Source: Clostridiales bacterium UBA1738 (GTDB lineage: Bacteria > Bacillota > Clostridia > UBA1381). From it: DNA of 40,000 nt. The stretch is taken from the NCBI GenBank assembly GCA_002315735.1, contig DCIA01000004.1, forward strand, positions 44,362 through 84,361, given 5' to 3'. Made by a program: the position numbers and the translations under genes. Under the pieces are notes generated by a model. The model saw only the letters and a list, made by a program, of their open reading frames with translations, ran no database searches and was not told the DNA's origin. This document shows, one piece after another, positions 1 to 9,883 of this stretch. Positions within the stretch are counted from its first letter, which is position 1, and the number at the start of each line of letters is the position of its first letter.

Positions 1-1500
1 TGTTAGTGCGTATGGAAGTTGAGTCGAAACGTGATTGATATGGTTTGATTGTGCACCTGCTGATGACATAATAGTTGTATCAGAAATTGGTGAACAGTGG
101 TCACCACATACAGCACCTGCCATACAAGCAGAAATTGCAACGATTGTGATATCACCTTTGTCAAATCCGAATACAGCGATAACGATTGGAATTAAAATAC
201 CAAATGTTCCCCATGATGTACCTGTCGCAAAAGACATACCAACTGCAATTAAGAAGATTATAGCAGGAAGCAAGTTCATAAATGAATTTGCAGATGATGA
301 AACAACGCCATCAATGAATTCTTTAGCACCAAGGCTATCTGTCATTCCTTTTAAAGTCCAAGCACAGATAAGAATCATAATTGCAGGAACCATTGCCTTA
401 AAACCTTCCGGAATTGCTTCCATACAGTCCTTGAATGATAAAACTCTTCTTAACATAAAGAATGCAACTGTTAAAATTAATGTAATAAATGAACCAAATA
501 CCAACCCAACTGATGCATCTGAATTTGAGAATGCTTCAATGAAGTTGTGATATGCATCTTCACCGGCGGTAAAGAACCCACCTGAATAAATCATACCAAT
601 AACACAAGCGATGATAAGTACAATAACAGGTAATACAAGGTCAATAACTTTACCTTTTGCATTTGCATAAGTTTCCGAAACTGCATCTTTAAATTCTTCG
701 GCATGAGAAGTAAACAAATCACCATTTTTAGCATTTTCTTCATGCTTTTTCATAGGGCCGAAATCGAATTTCATAAGTGTGATTGTAACCATCATTACTA
801 TTGTCAAAAGTGCGTAGAAGTTATATGGAATTGCACTTAAAAATAGTTGGAAACCGTTCATTCCTGAGCCTTTTGCAAAACCACTTACAGCAGCTGCCCA
901 AGAAGAAATAGGAGCAATAATACAAACAGGAGCAGCAGTTGCATCGATTAGGTATGCAAGCTTTGCTCGTGATATATTTTGCTTATCTGTAACCGGTCTC
1001 ATAACCGAGCCAACTGTTAGACAGTTAAAATAGTCATCAATGAAGATAAGTACGCCAAGCGCAACTGTTGCAAGTTGTGCGCCGACTCTTGAATGAATCT
1101 TTTCTGATGCCCAACGTCCGAAAGCAGCACTTCCGCCGGCTTTATTCATCATAGCAACCATTGCACCAAGAACAACCAGGAATATCAATATTCCGACATT
1201 GTATGAGTCTGCAACGCTACCGATGAAGCCGTCTTGAAATACGTGCACAATTGTCATTTCAGGATTAAAGTTAGCATACAAAAGTCCGCCAACAACAATG
1301 CCTGCAAATAGTGATGAATATACCTCTTTTGTGATTAGAGCAAGTCCAATAGCTATAACTGATGGAAGCAAAGCCCACAAAGTGCCATTGAAATTACTAA
1401 CATACTCTTCGTCTCCTTCTGCAAATGCGCATACAGTCATTGCCAACATGAAAACAAAGGTAAGTACGGTCATGACCGTAATTTTTTTCTTTGAAAACAT
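1..1500 (-). CDS. NhaC-family Na+/H+ antiporter-like membrane transporter; the C-terminus runs off the window start. Candidate lysine-regulated transporter.
   Basis: Absent from the ORF track because it hits the window edge. The reverse strand reads ATG at 1498-1500, preceded by GGGGGA 7 nt upstream. It translates MFSKKKITVMTVLTFVFMLAMTVCAFAEGDEEYVSNFNGTLWALLPSVIAIGLALITKEVYSSLFAGI... and stays open and highly hydrophobic to position 1. The pattern is typical of NhaC-type antiporters. The + strand ORF 35..550 is its antisense shadow. Confidence 0.85.
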   Translation of the reverse strand, partial: MFSKKKITVMTVLTFVFMLAMTVCAFAEGDEEYVSNFNGTLWALLPSVIAIGLALITKEVYSSLFAGIVVGGLLYANFNPEMTIVHVFQDGFIGSVADSYNVGILIFLVVLGAMVAMMNKAGGSAAFGRWASEKIHSRVGAQLATVALGVLIFIDDYFNCLTVGSVMRPVTDKQNISRAKLAYLIDATAAPVCIIAPISSWAAAVSGFAKGSGMNGFQLFLSAIPYNFYALLTIVMMVTITLMKFDFGPMKKHEENAKNGDLFTSHAEEFKDAVSETYANAKGKVIDLVLPVIVLIIACVIGMIYSGGFFTAGEDAYHNFIEAFSNSDASVGLVFGSFITLILTVAFFMLRRVLSFKDCMEAIPEGFKAMVPAIMILICAWTLKGMTDSLGAKEFIDGVVSSSANSFMNLLPAIIFLIAVGMSFATGTSWGTFGILIPIVIAVFGFDKGDITIVAISACMAGAVCGDHCSPISDTTIMSSAGAQSNHINHVSTQLPYALT

Positions 1501-1520
1501 AACTATGTTCCCCCTTAAAT

Positions 1521-1552
1521 AAAAAAATGTGATTGCGAAAACGCAAATCACA
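1521..1552 (-). terminator. Rho-independent terminator acting as the expression platform of the lysine riboswitch
   Basis: The minus strand reads TGTGATTTGCG-TTTT-CGCAATCACA followed by TTTTTTT. It lies between the riboswitch aptamer and the transporter RBS. Confidence 0.75.
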
Positions 1553-1574
1553 ACAAAAAAACTTTAAATAATTG

Positions 1575-1742
1575 TCATGATAGCGCTCCACGATTTCGTG
1601 ACAGTACGATATATGTTTTATATCGTCCCAGTAGTATGTTTTCGGCAAAAAACATACCCTTCGGCAATAATTCCTTTCACCGTTTTCGCATCGCCGTGCT
1701 ATAAAAAACGGATACTAATAATTACTGCACCTCTATACACAA
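1575..1742 (-). promoter_or_regulatory. Lysine riboswitch (L-box) aptamer
   Basis: The minus strand contains the conserved L-box blocks in the correct order: ATAGAGGTGCAGTA ... GAAAACGGTGAAAGG ... TTGCCGAAGGG ... CTGGGA ... CTGTCAC ... GTGGAGCGCTATC. A terminator and then the transporter start codon follow. Confidence 0.85.
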
Positions 1743-1747
1743 CTAGA

Positions 1748-1776
1748 ATAATACCACAAATTATAACAAAATGCAA
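1748..1776 (-). promoter_or_regulatory. Sigma-A type promoter for the riboswitch-transporter transcript
   Basis: Minus strand: TTGCAT, 17-nt spacer, TATTAT, just upstream of the aptamer. Confidence 0.5.
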
Positions 1777-1821
1777 GTATTTTTTCTCTTTTTATTCTTT
1801 GTAAAGTAAATATAATATTTT

Positions 1822-2544
1822 TTAAACAAATTCTGTTTCTCTTATCCTTTGGATTGCTTTTTTCTCTATTCTTGACACTTGCACTTGTGACACACCTACT
1901 ATTTTAGAGATTTCATCTTGAGTTTTTCCTTTATAATATCTTAAAAGCAAAATTTGTTGCTCCCTAAAAGAGAGAGACTTTAAAATACCGCTGATAAAAA
2001 TCTTATCTACTATTTTATCTTCTGAATAATTGTCCTGCAATTTCATTTCCAATTCTTCTTTTGAGTCATCAAAAACTTCCTTATTTAGCGAGTCAGGCTC
2101 ACGAACCGCATCAAAAGCACAGGTTAAATCTTCTACAGAAATCTTGCTTTCCTCAGAAATTTCCTTAATAGTTGGTTCTCTCATTAGTTTTTTCTCTAAT
2201 CTCTCACGAGCCGAAAAACCCTTAAACGCTATCTGTTTTAAACTTCTGCTTACCTTTATAATTCCATCATCTCTGAGAAATCTTTTAATCTCACCCAAAA
2301 TCATCGGCACGGCATATGTAGAAAACTGCACATTCTGTTCCAAATCAAAATTATCTATTGCTTTTATAAGTCCTATTGTTCCTATCTGCATAAGATCTTC
2401 ATTTAGTTCGCCGTTTTTTGAAAAACTAAAAACGATTTTTCTGACAAGCCCAAGATTTTCTTCACACAAAGAATCTCGTGCCGATAAATCCCCACTCTTT
2501 AAAATTTCAAATAATTCATAATTTCTGGTTTTAAAATCTTCCAT
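1822..2544 (-). CDS. sigF: Sporulation sigma factor SigF
   Basis: 240-aa sigma-70 family protein (GLVRKIV..., IGTIGLIKAIDNFD, FSTYAVPMILGEIKRFLRD, C-terminal HTH ISKIVGVSQVQVSRIEKKA). It sits directly downstream of spoIIAA-spoIIAB. Confidence 0.9.
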   Translation of the reverse strand: MEDFKTRNYELFEILKSGDLSARDSLCEENLGLVRKIVFSFSKNGELNEDLMQIGTIGLIKAIDNFDLEQNVQFSTYAVPMILGEIKRFLRDDGIIKVSRSLKQIAFKGFSARERLEKKLMREPTIKEISEESKISVEDLTCAFDAVREPDSLNKEVFDDSKEELEMKLQDNYSEDKIVDKIFISGILKSLSFREQQILLLRYYKGKTQDEISKIVGVSQVQVSRIEKKAIQRIRETEFV

Positions 2545-2547
2545 ACT

Positions 2548-2967
2548 CTATATCTCAATCGTCTTTTTCATTTTAATCGTCGTTCCACTTCCTAATATAC
2601 TTGTAACTTCAACTTCGTCCATAAAACTTTCCATTATGGAAAATCCTAAACCTGACCTTTCAAGCTCAGGTCTTCCTGTATATAAAGGAGTTCTTGCCTT
2701 TTCTATATTTTCAATTCCGCACCCTTCATCAATCACTAAAAATTCAACAGTATTATTATGAATTTTTCCTTCCATTTTTACGATGCCTTTTGTATTTTCA
2801 TAGCCGTGAATAATCGCATTGGTAACAGCCTCCGAAACAGCAGTTTTTACCTCTGCCATTTCTGCTGCTGTCGGATTTAACGGTGTTATAAAAGCTGCGG
2901 CTGCAACACGTGCAAAACTTTCGTTTTCCGATAAATTTAAAAATTCTATTTTCATTGTATTATCCAT
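2548..2967 (-). CDS. spoIIAB: Anti-sigma F factor / serine kinase SpoIIAB
   Basis: HATPase-type kinase motifs ([25 protein letters not shown]). Start chosen at ATG 2965-2967 (MDNTMKIEF...) because AAGGAGG lies 8 nt upstream. The track ORF begins 7 codons earlier. It overlaps the spoIIAA stop. Confidence 0.9.
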   Translation of the reverse strand: MDNTMKIEFLNLSENESFARVAAAAFITPLNPTAAEMAEVKTAVSEAVTNAIIHGYENTKGIVKMEGKIHNNTVEFLVIDEGCGIENIEKARTPLYTGRPELERSGLGFSIMESFMDEVEVTSILGSGTTIKMKKTIEI

Positions 2968-3319
2968 TGTGTATTTCCTCCTTATCAATTAAGTAAATTG
3001 CTTTTTCTAAATTTGAAGTAAGTTTAATTACTTTATCCATTCCTGACATTTTTATAATCCTTAAAGTATCGGAATTAACACCATAAGCGATTGTTTTTCC
3101 GCCTAATGCTCTTGATTTTTTATAGCGTCCCATTATCGTTCCTATTCCCGAAGAATCCATAAATGTCATTTCAGAAAAATCAAAAATAACATTTATCGCA
3201 TTTGTTGTTAACATTAGTTTATCTGCCTCTTCTTTAATTTTTGTCGCAATATGGTGATCAAGTTCGCCTGTTATTTTAATTAATAGTGTCTTTTTTTCAC
3301 CAATTAGTTTCATTTCCAC
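2960..3319 (-). CDS. spoIIAA: Anti-anti-sigma factor SpoIIAA (STAS domain)
   Basis: 119-aa STAS protein with the phosphorylatable motif region [11 protein letters not shown] start with AAAGGAGGA 8 nt upstream. First gene of the spoIIA operon. Confidence 0.9.
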   Translation of the reverse strand: MEMKLIGEKKTLLIKITGELDHHIATKIKEEADKLMLTTNAINVIFDFSEMTFMDSSGIGTIMGRYKKSRALGGKTIAYGVNSDTLRIIKMSGMDKVIKLTSNLEKAIYLIDKEEIHNG

Positions 3320-3349
3320 TTTAAAAATCCTCCTTTTGTATTTATAAAT

Positions 3350-3967
3350 TTATACCATTTCCATTCTGTTTACCGATACTTCATAAGCCGTTTTCTCAAT
3401 AACCTCATCTTCCGAAATATGTTTTTGATAAACTCTTGACTGTATTCTTCCCCAAACCTTTACATTATCTCCGACATTGATATTTTTGCAATATCTTGCA
3501 TTTCTGCCCCATGCAATTACAGGAATATAGTCAGATTTGTTATAGCTTCTGTTTACTGCTAATAATAAATCAGTTATCTCTCTTCCGAAAGGTGTGGTTC
3601 TGTAAACAGGCTCTTTGCATATATATCCGTTTAAAAATAATAGGTTAGGATTTTTTTCTGCATCTTCTTCCGCTAATTTTAAATCCTTCGCAAATACCGT
3701 AAGCACTAATCTATTATCACCGTTTTCATAACTGTTATATGATCTGAATTGTCCATCAACTTCTACTACATCCCCTATTTTAAGGTCTTGATCAGTTAAA
3801 AGTCTATCTGATACCATAACTCTTACATTGTCGCTTGTTCCGGACAGTCTTGGAATTTCTAATGTAAATACATAAAACTTTTCGCCATAAATTTCATGAC
3901 TAATCTTTGGTTCATCACTGACAATTCCAATAACTTCTGCATGATTATTAAGTGCATAATTTTCCAT
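3350..3967 (-). CDS. Tandem OB-fold, single-stranded-DNA-binding-like protein
   Basis: Start moved to MENYALNN (ATG 3965-3967, AGAGGAG upstream). There are two successive OB-like halves (…VRVMVSDRLL…VEVDGQFRSY… and …IPVIAWGRNARYC…VKVWGRIQSRVY…). The family call is from pattern only. Confidence 0.6.
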   Translation of the reverse strand: MENYALNNHAEVIGIVSDEPKISHEIYGEKFYVFTLEIPRLSGTSDNVRVMVSDRLLTDQDLKIGDVVEVDGQFRSYNSYENGDNRLVLTVFAKDLKLAEEDAEKNPNLLFLNGYICKEPVYRTTPFGREITDLLLAVNRSYNKSDYIPVIAWGRNARYCKNINVGDNVKVWGRIQSRVYQKHISEDEVIEKTAYEVSVNRMEMV

Positions 3968-4067
3968 AATAAAATCTCCTCTTTCTTGTAGTAAAAAATA
4001 ATATTCCAAATGTTTTTTGCTTATAAATATATTTATTCATAACTTTTCTAAAATATTCGTCTTTTCC

Positions 4068-4096
4068 TTGACAAATTCAAAAAAAAATGAGATAAT
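4068..4096 (+). promoter_or_regulatory. Sigma-A type promoter of valS
   Basis: TTGACA (4068-4073), 17-nt spacer, GATAAT (4091-4096). Confidence 0.5.
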
Positions 4097-4133
4097 ATAC
4101 TTTGTATTTTTGTATTTTTAAATGGAGGAAATT

Positions 4134-6776
4134 ATGGAAGATAATAAAAACATTGCAAAAAATTATAACCCATCTGAATTTGAAGATAAACTTTATAATA
4201 CTTGGGTAGAAAAGGGATACTTCCATGCAGAAGTGGATTCTAAAAAAGAACCATTTACAATCGTTATCCCGCCACCAAATGTAACAGGGCAATTACATAT
4301 GGGACACGCCCTAGACGAAACATTGCAAGATATTTTAATTAGATATAAAAGAATGCAGGGCTATAATGCCCTTTGGATTCCGGGAACTGACCACGCCGGC
4401 ATCGCAACTCAAATCAAAGTTGAAGAAAGCCTTCGTGTAAATGAAGGACTTACTCGTTATGACCTTGGTTATGATGCTTTCCTTGAAAGAGTTTGGGATT
4501 GGAAAAAACACTTTGGCGGTAGAATTATTAATCAATTAAAGAAAATCGGTTCTTCGTGTGACTGGGACAGAGAGCGTTTTACAATGGACGAAGGCTGTTC
4601 AAAAGCCGTTCGTGAAGTGTTTGTAAATCTATACAATAAAGGCTTGATTTATCAAGGTTCCAGAATTATTAACTGGTGTCCTCATTGTGTGACTGCACTT
4701 TCTGATGCAGAAGTTGAGCACGAAGAACAAGCAGGACATTTTTGGCACATTAAATATCCTATCAAGGATAGTGATGACTTTGTAATTATTGCAACTACAA
4801 GGCCTGAAACACTTTTCGGCGATACTGCTGTTGCTGTAAATCCTGACGATGACAGATATAAGCATCTTATTGGAAAAATGCTTATTTTACCTCTTGTCGG
4901 TCGTGAAATCCCTGTAATTGCTGACGAATATGTTGATAAAGAATTTGGTACAGGCTGTGTTAAAATTACTCCTGCTCACGACCCTAACGACTTTGAAGTT
5001 GGACAGCGTCATAACTTAGAGCAAATTAGAGTTTTAAATGACGATGCTACAATGAACGAATATGCCGGAAAATATCAAGGTATGGATCGTTATGAATGCA
5101 GAAAAACAATGATTGAAGACCTTGACAAACTTGGACTTTTGGTTAAGATTGAAGAACACACTCATAATGTTGGTGTATGTTATCGTTGCGGAACATCTGT
5201 TGAGCCTATCATTTCAAAACAATGGTTTGTAAAGATGAAACCACTTGCAAAGCCTGCTATTGAAGCTGTTAAAAATGGTGATGTTAAATTTGTCCCTGAA
5301 CGTTTTTCAAAAACATATATGAATTGGATGGAAAATGTTTTAGATTGGTGTATTTCTCGTCAACTTTGGTGGGGACATAGAATTCCTGCTTTTTACTGTG
5401 ACGAATGCGGAAAAACAACCGTTTCAAAAGAAGATATAACTGTATGCCCACATTGTGGTGGAAAGGTTCATCAAGACGAAAACGTATTAGATACTTGGTT
5501 TTCTTCTGCCCTTTGGCCGTTTTCAACACTTGGTTGGCCGGAAAAAACCCCTGAACTTGATTATTTCTATCCTACAAGCGTTTTGGTTACAGGTTATGAT
5601 ATTATTTTCTTCTGGGTATCAAGAATGATTTTCTCTGCGTTAGAACATACAGGAAAGTCACCATTTAAGCACGTATTTATTCACGGTCTTGTTCGTGACT
5701 CACAAGGAAGAAAAATGTCAAAATCTCTTGGAAATGGTATCGACCCACTTGAAATTATTGATAAATATGGTGCTGATGCGCTAAGGTTTACACTTGTTAC
5801 CGGAAACGCACCGGGTAACGATATGAGATTCTATATGGAAAGAGTTGAAGCAAGCCGTAACTTTGCAAATAAAATTTGGAACGCTTCAAGATTTACTCTT
5901 ATGAATCTTGATATTACAGAGAACAAACTTCCTGATATAAAAGATTTACAATTAGAGGATAAATGGATTCTTTCAAAATACAACACTGTTTGTAAAGAAG
6001 TAACAGAAAATCTTGATAAATTTGAACTGGGAGTTGCAGTCTCAAAACTATATGACTTTATTTGGGACAATTTCTGTGATTGGTATATTGAACTTGTAAA
6101 GCCTCGTTTGTTTGATAAAGAAAACCCATCAGCAAAAACTGCTCAATATGTTTTAACATATGTTTTATCTAATACGATGAAGTTATTGCACCCATTTATG
6201 CCATTCATAACAGAAGAAATTTGGCAACATCTTCCTCACGACGGCGAAAGTATCGTAATTAGCGATTATCCAAAATATAGTGACGAACTTTCCTTCCCAA
6301 AAGAAGAAAAAAATATGGAAATCATTATGGACGCAATTTCTGCAATTAGACTTCGCAGAAGTGATATGAATGTTCCACCTTCAAAGAAAGCAAAACTTAC
6401 AATAGTAACAAAGCGTGAGGACATATTTGGTCTGGGAAAAGCATTTTTTGAAAAACTTGCTTCGGCATCAGATACAATCATTACAAGTTCAAAAGATGGT
6501 ATCGAACAAAATGCAGTTAGTATTGTAGTTGATTCTGCCGAAATTTTCATTCCAATGGGCGAACTTGTTGATAAGGATGCAGAAGAAAAAAGACTTTTGG
6601 CTGAAAAGAAACGTTTGGAAAGCGAAATTGACAGAGTCAATAAAAAACTCTCAAACGAAGGATTTGTAGCAAAAGCACCTCAAAAAGTAATTGATGAAGA
6701 AAAAGAAAAAGGCGAAAAATACTCACAAATGCTTGAAAAAGTATTGGAAAGCATTGACGCACTAAATAATATTTGA
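4134..6776 (+). CDS. valS: Valine--tRNA ligase
   Basis: Class I aaRS signatures [14 protein letters not shown] and KMSKSLGN, a CP1 editing region and a C-terminal coiled coil. Start placed at the second ATG (MEDNKN) with GGAGG 5 nt upstream. Confidence 0.97.
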   Translation: MEDNKNIAKNYNPSEFEDKLYNTWVEKGYFHAEVDSKKEPFTIVIPPPNVTGQLHMGHALDETLQDILIRYKRMQGYNALWIPGTDHAGIATQIKVEESLRVNEGLTRYDLGYDAFLERVWDWKKHFGGRIINQLKKIGSSCDWDRERFTMDEGCSKAVREVFVNLYNKGLIYQGSRIINWCPHCVTALSDAEVEHEEQAGHFWHIKYPIKDSDDFVIIATTRPETLFGDTAVAVNPDDDRYKHLIGKMLILPLVGREIPVIADEYVDKEFGTGCVKITPAHDPNDFEVGQRHNLEQIRVLNDDATMNEYAGKYQGMDRYECRKTMIEDLDKLGLLVKIEEHTHNVGVCYRCGTSVEPIISKQWFVKMKPLAKPAIEAVKNGDVKFVPERFSKTYMNWMENVLDWCISRQLWWGHRIPAFYCDECGKTTVSKEDITVCPHCGGKVHQDENVLDTWFSSALWPFSTLGWPEKTPELDYFYPTSVLVTGYDIIFFWVSRMIFSALEHTGKSPFKHVFIHGLVRDSQGRKMSKSLGNGIDPLEIIDKYGADALRFTLVTGNAPGNDMRFYMERVEASRNFANKIWNASRFTLMNLDITENKLPDIKDLQLEDKWILSKYNTVCKEVTENLDKFELGVAVSKLYDFIWDNFCDWYIELVKPRLFDKENPSAKTAQYVLTYVLSNTMKLLHPFMPFITEEIWQHLPHDGESIVISDYPKYSDELSFPKEEKNMEIIMDAISAIRLRRSDMNVPPSKKAKLTIVTKREDIFGLGKAFFEKLASASDTIITSSKDGIEQNAVSIVVDSAEIFIPMGELVDKDAEEKRLLAEKKRLESEIDRVNKKLSNEGFVAKAPQKVIDEEKEKGEKYSQMLEKVLESIDALNNI

Positions 6777-6782
6777 TTTTTG

Positions 6783-6808
6783 ACGGGACGGGTTTTTATC
6801 TGTCCCGT
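6783..6808 (+). other. Stem-loop between valS and folC (weak or partial terminator candidate)
   Basis: ACGGGAC - 12-nt loop - GTCCCGT, followed by only TT. No real U-tract. Confidence 0.3.
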
Positions 6809-6820
6809 TTGGTAGGTAAA

Positions 6821-7993
6821 ATGAATTATAATGAAGTTATAAACTATTACAACAATACTCCAAAATTTTCAAATATGGAATCGAAATGTAATCTTCAATT
6901 AAAAAAACTGCTTGAAGCTTTGGGTAATCCTCAAAAAGAATTAAAATACATTCATATTGCAGGAACAAACGGAAAAGGTTCTGTTTCTTGTATGTTATCT
7001 AATGCATTAATCGCTGAAGGTTTAAAAACAGGGCTCTATACTTCCCCACATTTAGAATCTTTTAACGAACGAATTAAAATCAACGGCAAAAATATACCTG
7101 ATAATGAATTGATTGATGTAACAGAAACCGTTAAATCAACTTCGGAAAAATTGAATTTGAATTTATCTTATTTTGAAAAGATTACAGCCGGTGCTTTTCT
7201 CTATTTTAGCAAGAAAAAATGCGATATTGTGGTTTTGGAAGCAGGCCTTGGTGGCAGACTTGACGCCACCAACATCATAACCCCAAAGATTTCTGTTATT
7301 ACAAAAATCAGTTTAGACCACACAGAAGTTTTAGGAAAAACAATTTCTAAAATTGCTTATGAAAAATGTGGAATTATTAAGCCTAATATTCCTGTTATAA
7401 CTACAAAACATCAACCGACTGATGCTTTGGAAGTAATAAAAAATGTTTCAAAAAAGAATAATTCAAAACTAATTTTAGGTGACACTTTTTCTGTTTTTGA
7501 CCTATCTCTAAAAGGAGAATATCAAAAAGAAAATGCCGAACTTTCTTATCTTGCCTTAAAGGAACTCAAAATTTCAGACGATTCTATAAAATACAGTTTA
7601 AAAAATTCATTTTGGCCTGCAAGATTCGAATTTATTAAACCAAATTTGTTACTTGATGGTGGGCATAATCCTGACGGAATATTAAGTTTACTTATTTCTT
7701 TAAAAGAGCTAAATAAACCGGTCAAATTTGTAATTGCTATGATGCAAGATAAAAATTATAAAGAATCTGCAAAATTGATTCGTGAATTTGGTGGCGACGT
7801 TATCGTCACAAATATTGACAATCCAAGGTGCTTACCTGCCGATATATTGGGAAAAGAATTTGTTGCACATGTCATAATTAACAATCCAATTTCTGCTATA
7901 CAATATGCATTAAACTCAGCAAAAAATGATGAAATTGTTTGTGCTTTGGGTTCGTTATACTTCGTAGGTGAAGTCAGAAGAAAATTCCTGTAA
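6821..7993 (+). CDS. folC: Folylpolyglutamate synthase / dihydrofolate synthase
   Basis: Mur-ligase P-loop HIAGTNGKGS. valS-folC adjacency is conserved in Firmicutes. Start chosen at MNYNEVINYY (6821); the track ORF starts upstream inside the valS stop region. Confidence 0.9.
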   Translation: MNYNEVINYYNNTPKFSNMESKCNLQLKKLLEALGNPQKELKYIHIAGTNGKGSVSCMLSNALIAEGLKTGLYTSPHLESFNERIKINGKNIPDNELIDVTETVKSTSEKLNLNLSYFEKITAGAFLYFSKKKCDIVVLEAGLGGRLDATNIITPKISVITKISLDHTEVLGKTISKIAYEKCGIIKPNIPVITTKHQPTDALEVIKNVSKKNNSKLILGDTFSVFDLSLKGEYQKENAELSYLALKELKISDDSIKYSLKNSFWPARFEFIKPNLLLDGGHNPDGILSLLISLKELNKPVKFVIAMMQDKNYKESAKLIREFGGDVIVTNIDNPRCLPADILGKEFVAHVIINNPISAIQYALNSAKNDEIVCALGSLYFVGEVRRKFL

Positions 7994-8059
7994 CTTTATT
8001 TACAAAAAAATCAAACTGTGCTAAAATAATTTTAAAAATACTATTAGAGGGCAAAAGCA

Positions 8060-9883
8060 ATGCTTAAAAATATTAACTCACCGGAAGATATAAAAAATTT
8101 ATCAATATCCGAATTAAACAGATTGGCATTTGAAATTCGCAAATTTCTTGTTGAATCTGTTTCTAGAACAGGTGGTCACCTTGCATCAAATTTAGGTGTG
8201 GTAGAGCTCACACTTGCACTTCATTCTGTGTTTGATTTTAAAACAGACAGACTGATTTGGGATGTCGGCCACCAATCATATGTACATAAAATACTTACCG
8301 GGAGAGCCGATGGATTTAAAAATTTACGCAAATTTGGTGGTATGAGCGGATTTCCTAAATCTCAAGAGAGTATCTATGATGCATTTGACACCGGTCATTC
8401 GTCTACTTCTTGTTCTGCTGCAATGGGAATTGCAAGAGCAAGAGATTTAAAGGGCGATAAGTTTGATGTGGTTTCTGTTTTTGGAGATGGTGCACTTACC
8501 GGTGGAATGATATTTGAGGCTTTAAACGATGCCGGACATTCTAATTCAAAAGTTATCTTTATTTTAAATGATAATAATATGAGTATATCTCAAAATGTGG
8601 GTGCGATTTCAAGATATTTACAAAAATTACGCCAAAAACCCGAATATTATAAATCAAAGGACTTTATAGAAGAATTGCTTTCAAAACTACCTATCGGTTC
8701 GGATTTTGCAACAAACACTGCAAAAAAAGCAAAAGGTGCTATTAGAAATAAAGTTATTCCACAAACTCTTTTTGATAATTTAGGTTTAAACTATATAGGC
8801 CCTGTTGACGGTCACAATATTGAGGCTCTTAAAATTGTTCTTGAAAGAGCGAAAAACTCTGATAAATCTTCCTTTATTCATATTAGAACAATAAAAGGAA
8901 AAGGTTACAAACCTGCAGAAAAGAATCCATCACAATACCATGGAGTTTCTGCAAGTATATCAAATAAAACAGACTATGCTAAGTTTTTTGGTAAAAAATT
9001 AGTAGAAATTGCAAGAGAAAATAACAAGGTTGTAGCAATAACGGGTGCAATGCCTATTAATACAGGTCTTGTTCCCTTTATGAACGAATTTGAAAATCGC
9101 TATTTTGATGTAGGCATTGCCGAAGAACACGCAGTGACAATGGCTTCAGGCTTTGCAAAATCAGGTTTTACTCCGGTAGTGCCGATTTATTCAACTTTTT
9201 TTCAGCGTGCTTATGACCAAATTTTACACGATGTAGCCTTGCAAAACTTGCATGTTGTACTTTGCGTTGACCATGCAGGAATTGTTGGTCCTGATGGCGA
9301 AACTCATCAGGGAATGTACGATATTGCATACCTTTCACATATACCTAATATGACAATTTTATCACCATCTTCCTTTGAAGAGTTTGGCGATATGTTAGAA
9401 TATGCAATTAACACTCATAATGGGCCGATTGCAGTTAGATATCCAAAAGGTTCTCCTGAAGTTATTACAGCAAATTTTGAATTCGGAAAAGCTCAAATTC
9501 TAAAATCAAGCGGAGATATCTTAGTGATTTCAACAGGACGAATGATGGCTACTGCTTCATCTGTATCAGAACACTTTGACTCTGCCCTACTTGCAGTTCC
9601 AACAATAAAACCACTAGATGAAGATACAATTTTAAATATTGCAAACAACAAAAAATTGATAGTTACTATAGAAGATGCTACAAAAATTTCCGGACTTGGC
9701 TCACTTGTGGCTACTACCTTAGCCGAGAACGGAGTTTCTTCTCCTCTACTTATCTGTGCTTTTCCTGATACACCAATAGTTTCAGGAAGTACAGAAGATT
9801 TAGACAAACACTATTCTATGGATGTTGATTCAATAATACGCAGAATTGAGGAAAAACTAGATGACACAAAAGCAAAGAATTGA
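8060..9883 (+). CDS. dxs: 1-deoxy-D-xylulose-5-phosphate synthase
   Basis: 607 aa. The N-terminal GGHLASNLGVVELTLALH and WDVGHQSYVHKILTGR are diagnostic Dxs TPP-enzyme motifs. Confidence 0.95.
   Translation: MLKNINSPEDIKNLSISELNRLAFEIRKFLVESVSRTGGHLASNLGVVELTLALHSVFDFKTDRLIWDVGHQSYVHKILTGRADGFKNLRKFGGMSGFPKSQESIYDAFDTGHSSTSCSAAMGIARARDLKGDKFDVVSVFGDGALTGGMIFEALNDAGHSNSKVIFILNDNNMSISQNVGAISRYLQKLRQKPEYYKSKDFIEELLSKLPIGSDFATNTAKKAKGAIRNKVIPQTLFDNLGLNYIGPVDGHNIEALKIVLERAKNSDKSSFIHIRTIKGKGYKPAEKNPSQYHGVSASISNKTDYAKFFGKKLVEIARENNKVVAITGAMPINTGLVPFMNEFENRYFDVGIAEEHAVTMASGFAKSGFTPVVPIYSTFFQRAYDQILHDVALQNLHVVLCVDHAGIVGPDGETHQGMYDIAYLSHIPNMTILSPSSFEEFGDMLEYAINTHNGPIAVRYPKGSPEVITANFEFGKAQILKSSGDILVISTGRMMATASSVSEHFDSALLAVPTIKPLDEDTILNIANNKKLIVTIEDATKISGLGSLVATTLAENGVSSPLLICAFPDTPIVSGSTEDLDKHYSMDVDSIIRRIEEKLDDTKAKN

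Noticed and set aside
35-550. 171-aa + strand ORF at the window start
   Set aside because: It lies antisense to a continuous, strongly hydrophobic NhaC-like reading frame that has its own RBS and riboswitch. Its translation is low-complexity (I/A/P/N rich) with no recognisable motif. It is a shadow ORF.
1298-1804. Three small ORFs (1298..1522 +, 1397..1648 -, 1577..1804 +)
   Set aside because: They overlap the transporter start, the lysine riboswitch and its promoter. They have no RBS, and the region is explained by the RNA element.
2030-2521. 163-aa ORF antisense to sigF, and similar long antisense ORFs (6266..6640 -, 9493..9807 -, 19520..19936 +, 22251..22823 +, 26267..26683 +, 31624..31956 +, 32035..32331 +, 35415..35768 +)
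   Set aside because: All lie opposite well-supported conserved genes. They are S/L/F/I-rich low-complexity translations without start signals. These are typical shadow frames in AT-rich coding DNA, not overlapping genes.
9861-9883. 23-nt overlap between dxs and tlyA as a possible mis-call or fusion
   Set aside because: Both proteins have normal termini (the TlyA N-terminal S4 motif starts at the annotated Met). Short overlaps are common in operons.
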